From positions 1,674,001 through 1,738,000 of the forward strand of contig OZ176060.1 of assembly GCA_964247055.1 (NCBI GenBank): a stretch of 64,000 bases of DNA, given 5' to 3'. A program made the position numbers and the translations under genes. The stretch comes from Paragordius varius (lineage: Eukaryota > Animalia > Nematomorpha). This document shows positions 24,367 through 38,330 of the stretch, piece by piece. Each line of letters opens with the position of its first letter. Position 1 is the first letter of the stretch. The notes under the pieces are model-generated. The model was not told the DNA's origin. It did no database searches and worked only from the letters and a program-made list of their open reading frames with translations.

Positions 24367-25842
24367 TGATAATTCAAGTTAATGATTATTGTTTTTTATC
24401 CAAAATACAGGTTCGAAACTTTAAAATGTAGCATTTGACTGAGGCTTTAAACATTCCACATAAATATTACCTTTTAAATGTTAATCATGCATATAAAACG
24501 ATTCACACACTAACTATTTGTGACTTATTAAAATATCAATAAATGATTGTATATTCTTGTAAGTATCGATGTAGGATTAATAAATTTGAATTTATATGTA
24601 ATATATATTATTGAAAGAGTTCAAACATAGCTTAATTAATTTTTGGCTCTTTTTAACCGTATTTGAAAGAAAATCTTTGGCAACACATATTAGATGATGC
24701 TTTACTTAGCATTAGGTACAAACAAAGATATATTTTATAAAACCTTATGGAATGGTTTTGCTTCATGGTTTTTGAAAATGCCTTTTCCCACACATAATCA
24801 TAAACTCAGTCATATTTAAATCTAATATCAGATTTTATCACCATTCGGGCAAAAAGGGCTTGAAAAAGGACTGACATATTAAGGCCAATAAAAGTAAATC
24901 CATCCGGTACCAACCTTAAATAAACAATCTTACTATGCCTAAAAAGGTTCTAAGCTTAAAAACATATTTTATAACTTGAACAAGTTTTAATAGATACGAA
25001 ATTATTTAATTAAATATACAATACAAATAATTAAGTTAGGTAGCTTACATGTTATTCCATCTGACTTCAGAGTCTAAGTGTGAAAATAGAAAAAATGCAA
25101 TTATTATTTAAATGTTAAAATCAGATGAATAAAATTTAATTACCCCTTTTTCTTTTTCAGGTTGGTTGTAAGTTGTCGTAACTGAAGATGAGATTGATAA
25201 ACTCTTAATGGTAGCCTAATAAACATTGAATAAATATCCGTAAAAATAAAAAAGTTTAAACAACGGTTTCTAATACTACCCTGCAATACATTAAGCGCGA
25301 TCCGCGAAAATTTTGTAAGTTCATATGCAAATAGTTTATAAAATATTAGTAAGATTATATGTTGAATAAAATTTCTGAAAATGTCAATCTAATAGAAAAA
25401 AATCTGTTATTGTGTTTACTTTGCAAACAAAAAAATATTTGTTAATGTCCAATATCATAAATGCTGCTGCCTGCATTAATTTTTGAGTATAAAATGCGGG
25501 CCGCGAAGCCATTCTCTTGGATCCCTGGTATAAACAAACGGTATAATAAGCCAGGGTTTATTAATTATAAGATATGCTTATTAAAATATATATTAATATT
25601 CCCACCATCGCTACTTGATTAAGTAATTGGTTAAAATATTGCGTTGGTTTTTATCAAATAGTAATGGCCAATATTAAAATATATCAAGGTATATTGATTT
25701 AATTAATTTATATAATCAAGTTAATAAATAAATAATTATATGGTCATTACCAATTTTCAAAAATAAAAATTATGTTTAAATCGGAAAATTAAAAGGATAT
25801 TAGCAGTCAGCTGTTCCTCTGAATTTTTCTATTATTATAAAT

Positions 25843-25845
<3 letters not shown>

Positions 25846-25903
<58 letters not shown>

Positions 25904-25908
25904 ATATA
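25846..25908. repeat. Imperfect (TA)n microsatellite
   Basis: Direct reading. Confidence 0.9.
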
Positions 25909-26374
25909 TGGATGAACTTGTAAATCAACAAATAACAATGAATATATACATTTCTATGCCTGATAAGTACTTCACAATAAAAAAGTGAAATATCTAAAAA
26001 AATCGGATTTTTATATCAAATTGTTTAAATTTTAAGGGAAACCTTGGGTCAACACTTATTATATTTCCATTACAGTACATAAACTGCATATGTTATGTAA
26101 ATAAGCGAATTTACCAAAATCGTATAATATTCTCCGTACACACTTTACAAACCTATGATTCAACATTTAATTAAATATGATTCATAAAACAAGCTACTAC
26201 ACAAAGCCACACTTGTTTCTATAAATAGGAAAGTGGGAAAAATATGAATGTTCAAATGATACCCAAATCGTCAAAACGGTTTTAAATAATATGAAGCTAA
26301 TTTGCTATCGTTCTTATACTTGGATAGGGACAGTACTAAATATCGTCTCTATGGCTTTTAATTTTTATTGATAC

Positions 26375-26439
26375 GCGTAATGAGGCTAATTGTAATTCCA
26401 CTATTGTAATTTTATAATAATGTAGTAAAAAATAGCCGT
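26375..26439 (-). CDS. Weak candidate exon (DGYFLLHYYKITIVELQLASLR)
   Basis: tatttatttag| phase 1, CGC|gtatca phase 0; would bridge 27089-27166 to 19738-19795. Confidence 0.2.
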
Positions 26440-27088
26440 CTAAATAAATATCAAAAGGCATCTAGACATTTTTTGTTTTCAAATGCTATAACAAAAAAAA
26501 GAAATTTTTCATTCTTCTTAATTTTCTTATCATTAAGCATATGTATTATTTTATTAAATATAGGTTGTCACATTTATTGGGTCTGGTGCGGTACATTGTT
26601 GCAAGATTTGAGGGATATTAACAGGCTTAATTATTATATAACAACAACCTCATGTTCATTACAGAAAAAATTTCTAGTTAATTCTAATAATTTTGTGTCC
26701 TCTTTTATTATATCTTTATTTACCAAGTATTCTAAATATCTTTATTTACCAGAATTATAATCTGTGTTTTTTTATTGGAAAATATTATTTTTTTCAATCA
26801 ATAAATTTGAAACATTATCAATTAAAATAAGGTGGTCCGATTGAGGCCCTCTGTAACAATCTTGGCTGCTGTTAAAAATATGTAAACTACTAAATAAATT
26901 ACATTATATGATTTTCAAATAATCTATCATCTAAAATTAAGTTTTTTCCCTTTAAATTATATTTTTAAGTTTTATCTTAATTTATTGAGAAAAACCATTT
27001 CTATACCGATTTTTCTAACACCATCGGTTGTTCGGTAATGAGTTTAATTTCAAGGCTATTAAATATTAGTTAATTGAATTTCAAATAC

Positions 27089-27166
27089 CCTGTTGTGATT
27101 TTTCAAAAGCTGTTCCGCCAGTTTTTTGTGAAAGGGTGGCCAGCGAAGATATATGTGTTGTTACCG
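27089..27166 (-). CDS. Candidate exon (xVTTHISSLATLSQKTGGTAFEKSQQ)
   Basis: atttaatcag| ... CAG G|gtattt; 78 nt; only the phase 1-1 frame is open. Confidence 0.45.
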
Positions 27167-28510
27167 CTGATTAAATATGCTTAAATTATAATATGCAGCA
27201 CTAATTCTTTTTAATTTATTAAAAATATTTTTATATATAATTTTAGATATATCGAGTTTTCTAAGAGTAATCGCAACCGAGATTCGATAACCTTTACGTC
27301 TCCTAGTTATAGGGTATGTCAATTTTAATTATTATATAGTTTTTTTTAATATAGAAATTAGGGAAATATTTTTGCTGCATTTAAGAATATGTAATGTCGG
27401 CTTTATGTAGTTTGATTCGATTTTTTCATAAAAATTAAAATATCAATAATGCACAAAAGGGGGCGTATAATACCTATCGATGAAATGTAGAGATAATTGT
27501 ATCTGATACTTATGGTATTTTACGTTTGATCCTTATTATTTATTATATTTATTGCACGTTTATGGCATTTTTCCTATATCGAAAAATAGCAAAATTTGAC
27601 TAAATAAAATTTATAAAAACTAAATGCTTAATTTTAAAATTTAGTGAGGTATTTGAAAATATGATTTAAAGTAAAAATTTTGAAGTAAGTAAAATATTTC
27701 TATCATTGTGAATAACATTATACTATTTTTTGATTAAAATATAAGCTATAATAATATATGCATATATCTTAAATAGTAAAATTTAAGCAGCTTGATTAAC
27801 TGACAGTCATGTGATATCCAGTAAAAATTCATATTATACGGTCAAGAGGTAAAAATATAAAAACAAAATTATTATTAAAGGCATCATACTGATCCTGATT
27901 TTAATGTAAACCATTTTAATATTGTTAATGAAATTAATATGTATATAGGAATATTTATTTAAAACTTTATTAATTGCTATTAAATTATAGTCTACTTATA
28001 TGCGATGAATTTGAAACAGATTCTGTCAACACCCTTTTTAGGTTAATTAAAACGCGGCCATGGTTATGAAGACCCCGATTCAAATTCGTGTAACTAGTGA
28101 CAGATATTCGCCTTTTTACTGTTCAAAAATTACTAAAGAAGACAGTCCCTATTCAAATTTGCTTCTCTACTAATTATATAGAAAATATCTAAATAAACTA
28201 TATTCAACCTACATATCAAACTGCTTCGACGCCATTTTTATTTAAAAAAAATTTAATTTTTTATCAGAACACATCTAACATTATTTAAAGACCTATTTAT
28301 AAAATCATTTATTTCACGAGGAACGAAATAATGGCCATTAAATTTAGCTTACATATGATTAAAAACAAAAATATCATACTTTCTAATACACGCATAATTT
28401 TATCGTACTAATTAAACGTTCGTTTGTTAATGACCATAACTTTTTTTAAAGAATTTGATTATCAAAAAATTTTTGTAAATCATATATGAAGGTTAGATAT
28501 AACGTAATAC

Positions 28511-28587
28511 CTGTAACCCAGAGAAAAGGGTCAAACAAATTATGCCGTACATTACGCAATTGAGTATAACTGGATCTTTCATTGCTA
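28511..28587 (-). CDS. Candidate exon (xSNERSSYTQLRNVRHNLFDPFLWVT; alternative frame MKDPVILNCVMYGIICLTLFSGLQ)
   Basis: ctttatag| ... CAG|gtatta. The phase 2-to-1 reading fits both neighbouring exons; a second open frame looks like a signal peptide. Confidence 0.4.
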
Positions 28588-29399
28588 CTATAAAGCGGAT
28601 ATTATTAAACAATTGTTATCCGGTTATAATTTATAAATAAAATTAAACTTATAAATAATTAGATTCAAAATCATAAAATTTCTTAAAACATAAATTTAAA
28701 AACTAAAAATATTCTAAAAACAATTAGAATGTGGTTAATTTACATTTTTTAGGTTATTATGGTTTATATATTAATGTCACTAAACATTTATAGCGTGTTC
28801 TAATATATTAAACATATAATTTATTATACTTAAAATAGAATCCAAAGATGAAAAGATATGTTGATTGTACAAAGCTTAAATTTGCGCAGATTTATGGATA
28901 ATGCACCAAATCCTAATATGGGTTAAATTTTAAAATAAAAACAACGACTAAAAACCGAAACGTTATATGATTTTAAAATATTAAAAATAAAAATCCACTT
29001 TGCACTATACGAAAAATTAAACCTAAAATATGATGACGAATACATTGTAAAATAATGTTTGTGCCACTTTAATCCGAGTTAACTGTTGTAGGCATAACCT
29101 TCCTTAAAATTTGTCAGTCATTAAACAACCTTTTTTTACAAACAATAGTGTTTAGCCATTGACCGAAAATTTAAATACGTATTGTAACTATTAATGCCAA
29201 TTTTAGCAAATTTTATCAAACCAAACTTCTAAATTAAAAAATAATATTTCGTTGGGCTCATGCCACAAGTATATACCGATTAGAATTATGTATTCTATTT
29301 TAGAGAAGTAATTATATCCGGATAAACAATAATTAATTCCATGAAAAGTTTCCTAAATAATAACTGTATCAAATCATTATGAAATCCTAATAAGATATC

Positions 29400-30050
29400 C
29401 AGTCTATTGAGTATATTTCGAAATATTTGTAGCCCTATTCAAATTCAAATATAGCATCAGCTATTTCCTTTATTAATTCACCGATTCTGATACTAAGCCA
29501 CTGTTCACTCCTTGTAAAATGACTGCAGAACTTTATGAGGTAATCGCCTCTATCGTTTTTGTTATCAAGGCCTTTTTCACCAGTTATTTTATATGCATTC
29601 TAGCCAATGATGGCATGAACCCATTATAGAGATGATGTCTTTTTTGGGTACTTTTTTGATAGCGGTGTTAAGAGCGCATAGAATTATCTGAGTCATAATC
29701 TTTATTAGAATTGGTTAAGGTAGAAAATTAAAATATAGTAATCGGCTGAGGGATCATAGTCAGTCGTATTGATATGATACGATCACTTATTTGGTTATAA
29801 ATCTCGGATGAATTGGCGAGCATTTTGGCTAGTATTAGAGCCACATTGTTACCTTTGGGGGTTTCTTGACCTGAGAAGAATAGTGTGATAATCACACTCG
29901 ATATGACCAATTTAAGGGATGTGGAATTCAGATATTGTATTTTGATGTCGTCTCCATTTGTTTTATTAGAACATCAATTTTATGAGTGGTACCACATGTA
30001 CCCCATGTTTTTATGCGAATTTTCATGTTCCGGCATTTGTGTTTGCAGCA
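29400..30050 (-). pseudogene. Decayed LINE APE endonuclease remnant
   Basis: KIRIKTWG..., GNNVALILAKMLANSSEIYNQISDRIISIRL: RTE-type endonuclease motifs with stops and frameshifts. Confidence 0.65.
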
Positions 30051-30852
30051 GATATTGAGCCGGGTAATAGGAAAAGGTTAATAAGTTTGGTAAAGGATGG
30101 TTAAAGAGATGTATGAAAGATAGGTAAGGTATAAGTTTTTCTGTGATAGATGTGGTGTCAATAGAGTGTATGTTCAAAGTTGTGGCCTTAGAGAAAGATA
30201 AGGAATAAAATCAAAATAGTTGAATTATGGAAGAAATTTATTGATTTGAGGTTAAACATAGGATCATTCGATTAGACTGTTCCCAAAGGGGGGCGACGCC
30301 CCCTCCCGCCTCCCTTGGCCTAGAAAAATCTAGGGGCTGCGAAAAATTTGGAAAATGACTTTATATTGTTTTGTATTATTTCATAATTGGGTTATTTTAT
30401 ATATTTAATTTTATTGGAAAGTAATCATTGTTAAATTCAGTATTGAATCTAATTATTTTTTTGTTTACTGGTTTTTACTATAAATATATATGCAATGCTA
30501 AAAACACAAATGTAATGCTCATAAGAATGGATTTAAATGTAAAGAATTATGTATAATATATTCATACATATTTTTATTTACTTTTATCCATTTTTCGCTT
30601 TTATATAAATATACACTTTTAATTCTTAGTTATTATTTCCATTAATATTATAATTTGCATTTAAAGACAAGACATGCCATGAAGAATATCTTTTATATGG
30701 TTTTATAGCTGTCTAAAAAGATGGCAAACCATTAATACAATGCCACGCTACGTTCTTAGCAATGATTGTATGCTCCCGACAAGGGTTGATGGCACCTTAG
30801 TCAAACGATGATTGTTAAAAGACAACCCAATCTTCTTCCAATTCAAACTTAC

Positions 30853-30974
30853 TTTAAATGAAAAATCCTAAAAACACATATGATTATAATAATACAAATC
30901 AAGCCTCTTTGATATCGCATATCTGATAGCCACAATGGACGGGTAATAAATTCATCCCTACATACAGATTTCAT
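30853..30974 (-). CDS. Candidate first coding exon with signal peptide/anchor (MKSVCRDEFITRPLWLSDMRYQRGLICIIIIICVFRIFHL)
   Basis: ATG, basic residues followed by a hydrophobic core, and a consensus donor AA|gtaagt in phase 2. Confidence 0.5.
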
Positions 30975-31139
30975 TATCTAATAATATGAAAACTAAACAG
31001 GCTGAACAATCAAACGGTTAAAAGGCAATCAGAATTCATATTTATTTGATTCAAGGTGCTGAGAGGACAGAAAAATAAACGCAAAAATCCCGGGCAAACA
31101 AAATTTAAAATTCGATTATTTAATTTGTTGAAGCATATA

Positions 31140-31760
31140 TTAAACTATTTTAAGGCATGATGAAAACGATATTCAACACTATAAAATTTCTAAACGCTTT
31201 TTCTATATAATTCGATGATGAACATTTCTGTCGCCTTAGAAATTTAATAATATTCATTCGTCTTCAATTTTTTAATTTATACCCATCAAAATTATAATTC
31301 TAAAGCTTTAAATTAAAGTTATTAAGCAAATAATTGTTTAGCTTATATAGAAAAAAGTTTAATTTCTTAAGTTGTTTATATACCGTTTCTATCATGTTTC
31401 AGAATAGTATGAAGTAAAAAATATGCATTTTTTAAACATTTTTGGTTGATATCAAAACTTAGCACATATTTAAAATTTTTGTAGAGCAACCCCAACACTT
31501 TCCGTTTCTTTAAGACAATTAACCCATTTTAAAGCGAATATAATTGGGATCAGAGCCCACATCTAAAAATTTCGAAAATAATGTTTTGCTTTTTTTAACT
31601 ATGATATATTTTAGTGATATTTTTTGAAAGGAAGCATTAGCTTTCATGAAAAAAATCTATTACAAAAAATGTAGTTAAATTTTACCATTTTCTGATATGA
31701 GCACTTAGCACAAAAGTATAAATATATTTTAATCCCTGTTAAGGGCCGAACCAAAAGCAC
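31140..31760. mobile_element. Repeat family A copy
   Basis: Collinear with 60-660. Confidence 0.65.
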
Positions 31761-31989
31761 CATTTATTTTTATGGACAGAGTGTTGGCGATTTAAAAAAT
31801 TTGAAGGAAAAAAATGGAGGCAAAAAAGTTTGAGATGAATAATTTTAACAAATTTATTAAAAAAAATTGCAATATGCTTTTAAAAAGCTAAAGAAATTAT
31901 GTTCCAAATTCGTTATACCTTTCTTTTTTCAATATTCAAATTTAAAATCGCTCTAGTATAAAATCCTCCCAAAAGGTCAAGAAGTGTTA

Positions 31990-32760
31990 TACCTTCATTT
32001 CAGTCCTTTGATTTAAATTCGGGTCGGTGCCTACCCCAAGTCGGTTAATTTTAACACCTCGATTTAGATTAGGGTATTGAACTCCCGATTAATTTGAGTT
32101 AAGATTCTTGAAAAACTACTGAATGAAACGGTCCCAATTTAAATTATGCTTATATTATAATAAAAATTATATAAATATGCCAAAATATCTAAATTGAAAA
32201 AAAATTTCCATGGAAAACTACTTCAACTCCATTTTTATTTTACAAAATTTTTGCAAAATATCGCCTTCATTAAATTCTAAGTTAAAATTAAAGTTATTTT
32301 TTTATTTAAATTACATCTAACATTGATAGAAATAGAAAAAGCTGTTTATTATGTATTATTTTTCAATTTTACAATTGCACACATGTCACGTTGACTAAAT
32401 TTTTACCGTTCGATTTTAGCTTAATATAATATCAAGTATTTTTGAACAAGTTTTTTTATATATTTCGGTTTATTAATGTTATATAAGTGCAATACAATGA
32501 TTTCGATTCCTTCCACATTTTTAAAGAATTTAATTTTAAACAGGCCTGGTGTATTTAACTACCCCAATTCGAATCGAAGGACTAAAATGAATATGCACAT
32601 CCAAGTGTTAAATACTTCAAAATAATGGAAGGAATTATAATCATGGCAAAAGTATGCACTTTTTTAACATTAATTCAAAATATAAAAACTCATTTAAAAA
32701 TACCTGATACTTATTTTAAGGTAAAACCCATAGGTTTAATTAACATGCATGATTGCATTA
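31990..32760 (+). mobile_element. Repeat family B arm with a truncated inverted continuation
   Basis: Matches 61356-61935; CAGGCCTG...TACCCCAATT(C)GAATCGAAGGACTAAAATG. Confidence 0.75.
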
Positions 32761-34419
32761 GTTAAATTTAAAAATAATATAAAACAAACCACTTTTTCTG
32801 TTTCTATATATTAGGTGTGATTCAAAAAATATAACTTTAATTTTAACTTATAAATTAAGTAACCAATTTTTTTTTCAAAAATGTTATTAAATAAAATTCG
32901 CGTTGAAGTAGTTTGATCTTTTTTTGAAAACTAAATATGAATTTAAATTGTGACCGTTTCTTTAAATAGATTTTGAAATATTAACTTAAATATAATCTAG
33001 GTTTAAATACCTCACTTTGTATCGAAGTGTTAATATATATATATATATATATTAACTAACCCTCTCAGCCTTCGCTGTGACGTAGTCTCACCGATAATTA
33101 TTTTTATAGTTTGCAATAAATGGAGATAAAAAATGATAAAAAACATATTTATTAATAATTATGTCTAATACCATTCTTATACAGCTTAATGAATAGGCTC
33201 AAATATTGCTGAAACTCAAAATTGACCATATTAAAACTGTACCTTATTAAAGTTACTATTCAACTATCGTTTGTTTATTAATATTTTCGTTTTGCAATAT
33301 AATGGTTAAAAGTTTTATTATGATATTGTTTTAACACAGCTAGGGCTGAAAGCAACGGAAAAAAGTAAATCCTTTGTGATCCGATATATAAAAGTATAAT
33401 ATTAGACAATCCCTCAGAATGTTTTTACACGATATCTATGTTGCGCATTTTATAGAGAAAAAGTATCAATGATTTTTACCTTAATACAAATAAGTAATGT
33501 TGACGAATTTATATGCAGATATATTTAGCGATTTAAAGAAATGTGTGGGATGAACATCTTTTTGAAGAAGTATCTAATTACTTGGAGCGAATTTGAAACA
33601 GATGTTCTGTCAACTTGAATATATAATAAAATATGCCTTTATTTAAATGATATTATATGAAAATAAATAAATTTATTTGACAATTCTTAAGATGGAAAAA
33701 AATAAGAGTAAGAGGTATATGAATTTTCGGAAATTAGTAAAATCAATTATACCAATTAATCTATATCAGCCCAAGATATAATGTTAATTATTTTTGATGA
33801 TTTTATGGACCGCAGTAAAGGTTTAAATGGGCCGCCCGCACGGGAGACTGCTGTCTTTTCCTATTATTTCGTTCGTATAAACACTGCTTTGGCAATGTTA
33901 TACTTCTGCTAAAACACGACTATATTTATGGATTTATCAAGTTTGATAACATCGGGGCAATAAGTAGTTTTATTCCCACTGTAATGCGTTAAGATTAAAA
34001 AATGGGGCTAAAGAATGTGTTTAGCTTCAGGCTAAATATAAGAGCTACCTTATAAAAATTTATTATCAATGTTAATAATTTGTTTAACAGAGTAGGATTT
34101 TTTTTTAACACATAGAATAAAATCCATTTTAAAAATTGACATCGCTTAAACCTAAAATCGTGTCGACTTATGAACTAATTTTTAAAGTCAAATGCCAAAT
34201 CCATATGACCAAATTTTTGCTTCAGGTTCAAAGACTCTATAAAACATATTTATAAATAAATACTGTTTGTATCGTTCAACTCGGTAATGCCATATTTTTA
34301 CCAAAAAAACCATAATTTATCACAGTTACATAATCTATAAAACATAAACCTAAAAAATGTGATCATTATTTTTGTTTCATATGTCTAAAATCGATATTGA
34401 GAATGGGATGAGAAAAAGT

Positions 34420-34600
34420 CGCTCTTGACTTGCAAAAGCATGGCAATTTGAGGCAAGTATTAAGCCTGCAAGTGTATGGAAATAGGTAAAAAACACCCGA
34501 GTCAAGTCTTTTGTTTATGAATGTAACATTTTTTTGCCACCCAATTCAAATTTTACGGAAATTATTTTTATCATTTTCAGCCAATGAATAAGGCACTAAA
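34420..34600 (+). repeat. Family C fragment
   Basis: Matches 16140-16310. Confidence 0.6.
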
Positions 34601-35204
34601 AAAGAAACAATCAGTACAATATATTAAAGTTTGTCAATGGGCAGGTACGTTAAAAATATAATATTTTAGATTTTTCTTCTTGTTAAGAGTTTTTATTTTG
34701 CGTTTAAATTACGAATTTCCGTAGTAGATCTCTCCCGGCTGCTTAACATTATTCTACTGATTTTGGCAAAACCCCTTTGCAAATATAATGGATGTCCTTA
34801 AAACATTACATCTAAAATAAATTTACGATGTCTACATTTAATAGTGAAGTGATATTTGAAGATTCTTGACATTTATATAAGACTTATTCAGATAGGTTTA
34901 ATTGGTGATTTCATTGCAGTATTTTAAATGAACCACAGGCCATATAACTATGGTTAAATCAATCAAAAATCAATTATTTATATTTAATTTGGGCCAATTA
35001 AATTTAAAGATTTTTCATTGTTTATTAAGTTATGAGGGAAATTGGGATTTTAACTTTTCTATCGTGATCAATTAAATTATTCATCAAAGAAGTTACTTAC
35101 AATTTGTTTAAATATACAAAATATATTTTTGGTAAATTCCTAAAAAGCTAAATAAACAAAATTAAGTTAAATATAAAACTAATAATTATTATCAGATCAA
35201 CTTT

Positions 35205-35770
35205 TTTTATTAAAACTTGGATACAACACATTCATTTTAGTCCTCTTCAAAATGAGGTTTGGATACCCCAGGCCTGTTTATAATTAAATACTTTAAAAAC
35301 TCTATAATAAACTGAAGACATGGCAAAATTTTGCACCTATATAACGTTAATAAACCGAAATATATAAAAATATTTAAAAATACTTTATATTAATTATATT
35401 AATGTAAAACCCAAACGTAAAATTTAGTTAACGTATATGTGCATTGGCCAAAATGATAAATAATACAAAATAAACTATTTTTTCTATTTCTGTCATTGTT
35501 AGATGTAATTAAAATAGAATATTAGCTTAAATTTTAACGATAGAATCGATATTTTGCAAAATTTTTGTAAAATAAAAATGGCGTCCAAGTAGTTTAACAT
35601 GGAACTGCTTTTTCAAAAAGAAATTTTATATGGATATGTTGACTTTTTTATGATTTATATTAGGATAGAAGCATAAATTAATTGTGACTGTTTCCTTTAG
35701 TAGTTTTGTAAAAATATTAATTTAAATTTAGTCTGGGGTATTTAGATATCCCAATTTGAATCAAAGTGTT
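35205..35770 (-). mobile_element. Repeat family B arm (inverted relative to 31990-32620)
   Basis: Matches 62000-62589. Confidence 0.75.
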
Positions 35771-35911
35771 ACGCGTTAAGTAGATATTGATTTATTAACT
35801 TAGGTCAAAAAAATAGAAACCACAAATTATTTTCTTGGTTGTTTCTAAATAGCACTGATGGATATAGGATCCATCGGATATGTTTTGTTTTAGATATACA
35901 AAAAAATATCT

Positions 35912-35914
<3 letters not shown>

Positions 35915-35944
<30 letters not shown>
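35915..35944. repeat. (TA)n microsatellite
   Basis: Direct reading. Confidence 0.9.
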
Positions 35945-35947
<3 letters not shown>

Positions 35948-36429
35948 CGATAAAAAAATATATCAGGAACTCATGGTGCTTTTGGTTATAGGGCTTACGA
36001 GTGATAACTTTTGTGGTAAGTGCTTCTTATCAGAAGATGGCAAAATTTGAGCATATTTTTTTGTAATCAATTTTTTTGATAAAAGCTAAATGCATCTACA
36101 AAAACATTATCAAAATTTTGTTAAAGCCTTTTTTAGGATGGAAATGATAGAGCGCTTTTATATATAATAATACTTTTTCTATATAATTTGCTGATATTTC
36201 TATCACATCAGTATATTAAAATTATAGTTTGTCTCCAATTTTATGATATTAATGTGTTTATATTTGTTTGTATTTTTCTAATATAAGAATATGCAAAGAA
36301 ATATAAATTTAAATTTACTTATTTTTTAAATAACACAGAAGCATCTTCCAGCTCATTTTTTTAGTCCTCGTTAATCTTATATTGGTTAAAACCTTAATAA
36401 TATCATAATAATGACATTTTAGTGATAAA

Positions 36430-37700
36430 AGATAGGAATATCTTCCAACCCCAAGTTTTATAACTTATTACGAGTAAACTACTCAAAAGGTCCCCTCTTA
36501 CTCCAGAGTTGCAAATCGGATGCTTCTCTACAAGATTTAATAGAATCATTTATAACTAAATTGTTTTTAGCTGCGCAATGAACATAAACTGTCCGGGGCT
36601 GATCCTTTCTTAAAAGAGATTGTACACCATTGTAAGTTCCGCTTATAACACTGGCTCCATTATAACATTAGCCCCCCACACTTATATATATATTTTTTTT
36701 AAAGAATTTATTATAATATATAACTCATGTCCTAATGGTTTATCAATTGATCTAAAGCCTAAAACTCTTCTTTAATTACAACATACCTTGTCTAAAATAT
36801 GTGCCGCGTCTTTTATTTCCGAAATATTTCTCTAAAATGCATAATAATGCATTTTCTAATTTCCTTTTGTATTAATGGACTCAAATATTTGATTTGACCC
36901 TTTAGGCTTCCAGAACTTGCTTCCTTATGCTATTATATTTTGTAAAAGTTGAACTTGGATAAAAAAATCCTACCAGTATAGATATAATTAAAAGTCTCAT
37001 CATGACCACGGAACGACAGGGAATTTTTTGACAAAGCTAAAGTTATGTTGACATATCTTATAGCTTAACTCAAAAATGTTTTGTTTTTAAGCTGTTTAAT
37101 CCCGCTCAATAGTTCCCTCTTTCCATTTATCATTGGTAGAGCAGCAGTCCATGTGATGCTTACTTCCTTCATGTATAGAAATTTTTTTGGAAAGCGCTTT
37201 CCAATTCATCACACCCTTCAAATATCCTTACTGTCATTAGACTGCCCTCACCGCTCACAATGGGCTGCGTCCAGTTTTAAACTTTAACATCCATGATCTT
37301 TTTACAGCCCAAATTTAGTGTTTTTTTGGTATAGGTTGCTGCAAAGCAACGATTTTCTTGATAAGGATGTCTTCCAAAAAGATCTGGGGGACGATGTGAA
37401 ACGATATCATATTTCATTTTTCTTCATTTGATAGCTCAATATTTAAAATTACCCCTATCGGAATTCTCTTAAATCAAACGGCACTGCGTTCCACATTAGT
37501 ATGAGTTAAACTATACAAATCATCTACATTATTGGTGATTTCAACTGTTTTTTCTTTCTTGTTTGAGCTAGCATCATGGGACACATTTATCGAAAAGGTT
37601 TTAAAAAATCTCTCATTTTTTTATTTTTAAAACTTTTGTTGCGTTTTCCTTCGCTCTTTTTCGTTAGGCTCCGCTTAATTTTGACACTAAGAAGAAGAAA
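36430..37700 (-). pseudogene. Decayed hAT transposase (ZMYM1-like group)
   Basis: Frameshifted motifs NWKALSKKISIHEGSKHHMDC, LSFRGHDE, KYLSPLIQKEI, YNGASVISGTYNGVQ, VYVHCAA. Confidence 0.8.
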
Positions 37701-37776
37701 AATCATTCAGAATTTAATATTTTGAAATTTTTTAATCGATTACTGACAAAACATGATCCGAATATCCAAATAAGGG

Positions 37777-38210
37777 CATAGGTCAGCAACCTCTCCTTTT
37801 GTGCGGCCCCCAAGGTAGTGACTATAAACTATAAAAATAGCCAAACACAAACCATGATGACGTGAGGTTATTAACATGGGCATAAATTTATTTTACCATG
37901 CAAATAACTCTTACTTCATGAAACGGAAAACTTGTTTAGTGAGTTTCAGTAATCTGCTACTATATGCCTACCCATTTATTTGGATAGCAAATAATTAATA
38001 GTTATTTTTCAAAATTCCCATAGAAAATTCATTAAACATTTTAACAGCTGTTTAGCAAGAATAACAAGTTTTTTTATGTTATTGCTTTTTGAATTAAAAT
38101 AGCATGGCTTCGAACCGGTCGCAAAAAAGCATAAAACTGATCTGAATGTGCGGTCCGTCAAGAGTTTTATTTTTGAGTAGGCCGCAACTGAAAAAAATCG
38201 CCGACCCCTG
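37777..38210. mobile_element. hAT-derived MITE
   Basis: Termini CATAGGTCAGCAAC ... TCGCCGACCCCTG with subterminal GCGGCC/GGCCGC motifs; no TSD seen. Confidence 0.65.
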
Positions 38211-38330
38211 TTTTAGAGTGTAGTCCAAGTGTAAATCTTATGAAACTAAAAAAAATTAAAAAAAAACAAAGTTAAAAATATTAGTAAAATAATGCATGTA
38301 TAACAACTTGTTGGCCGATTCCCCTTACAG

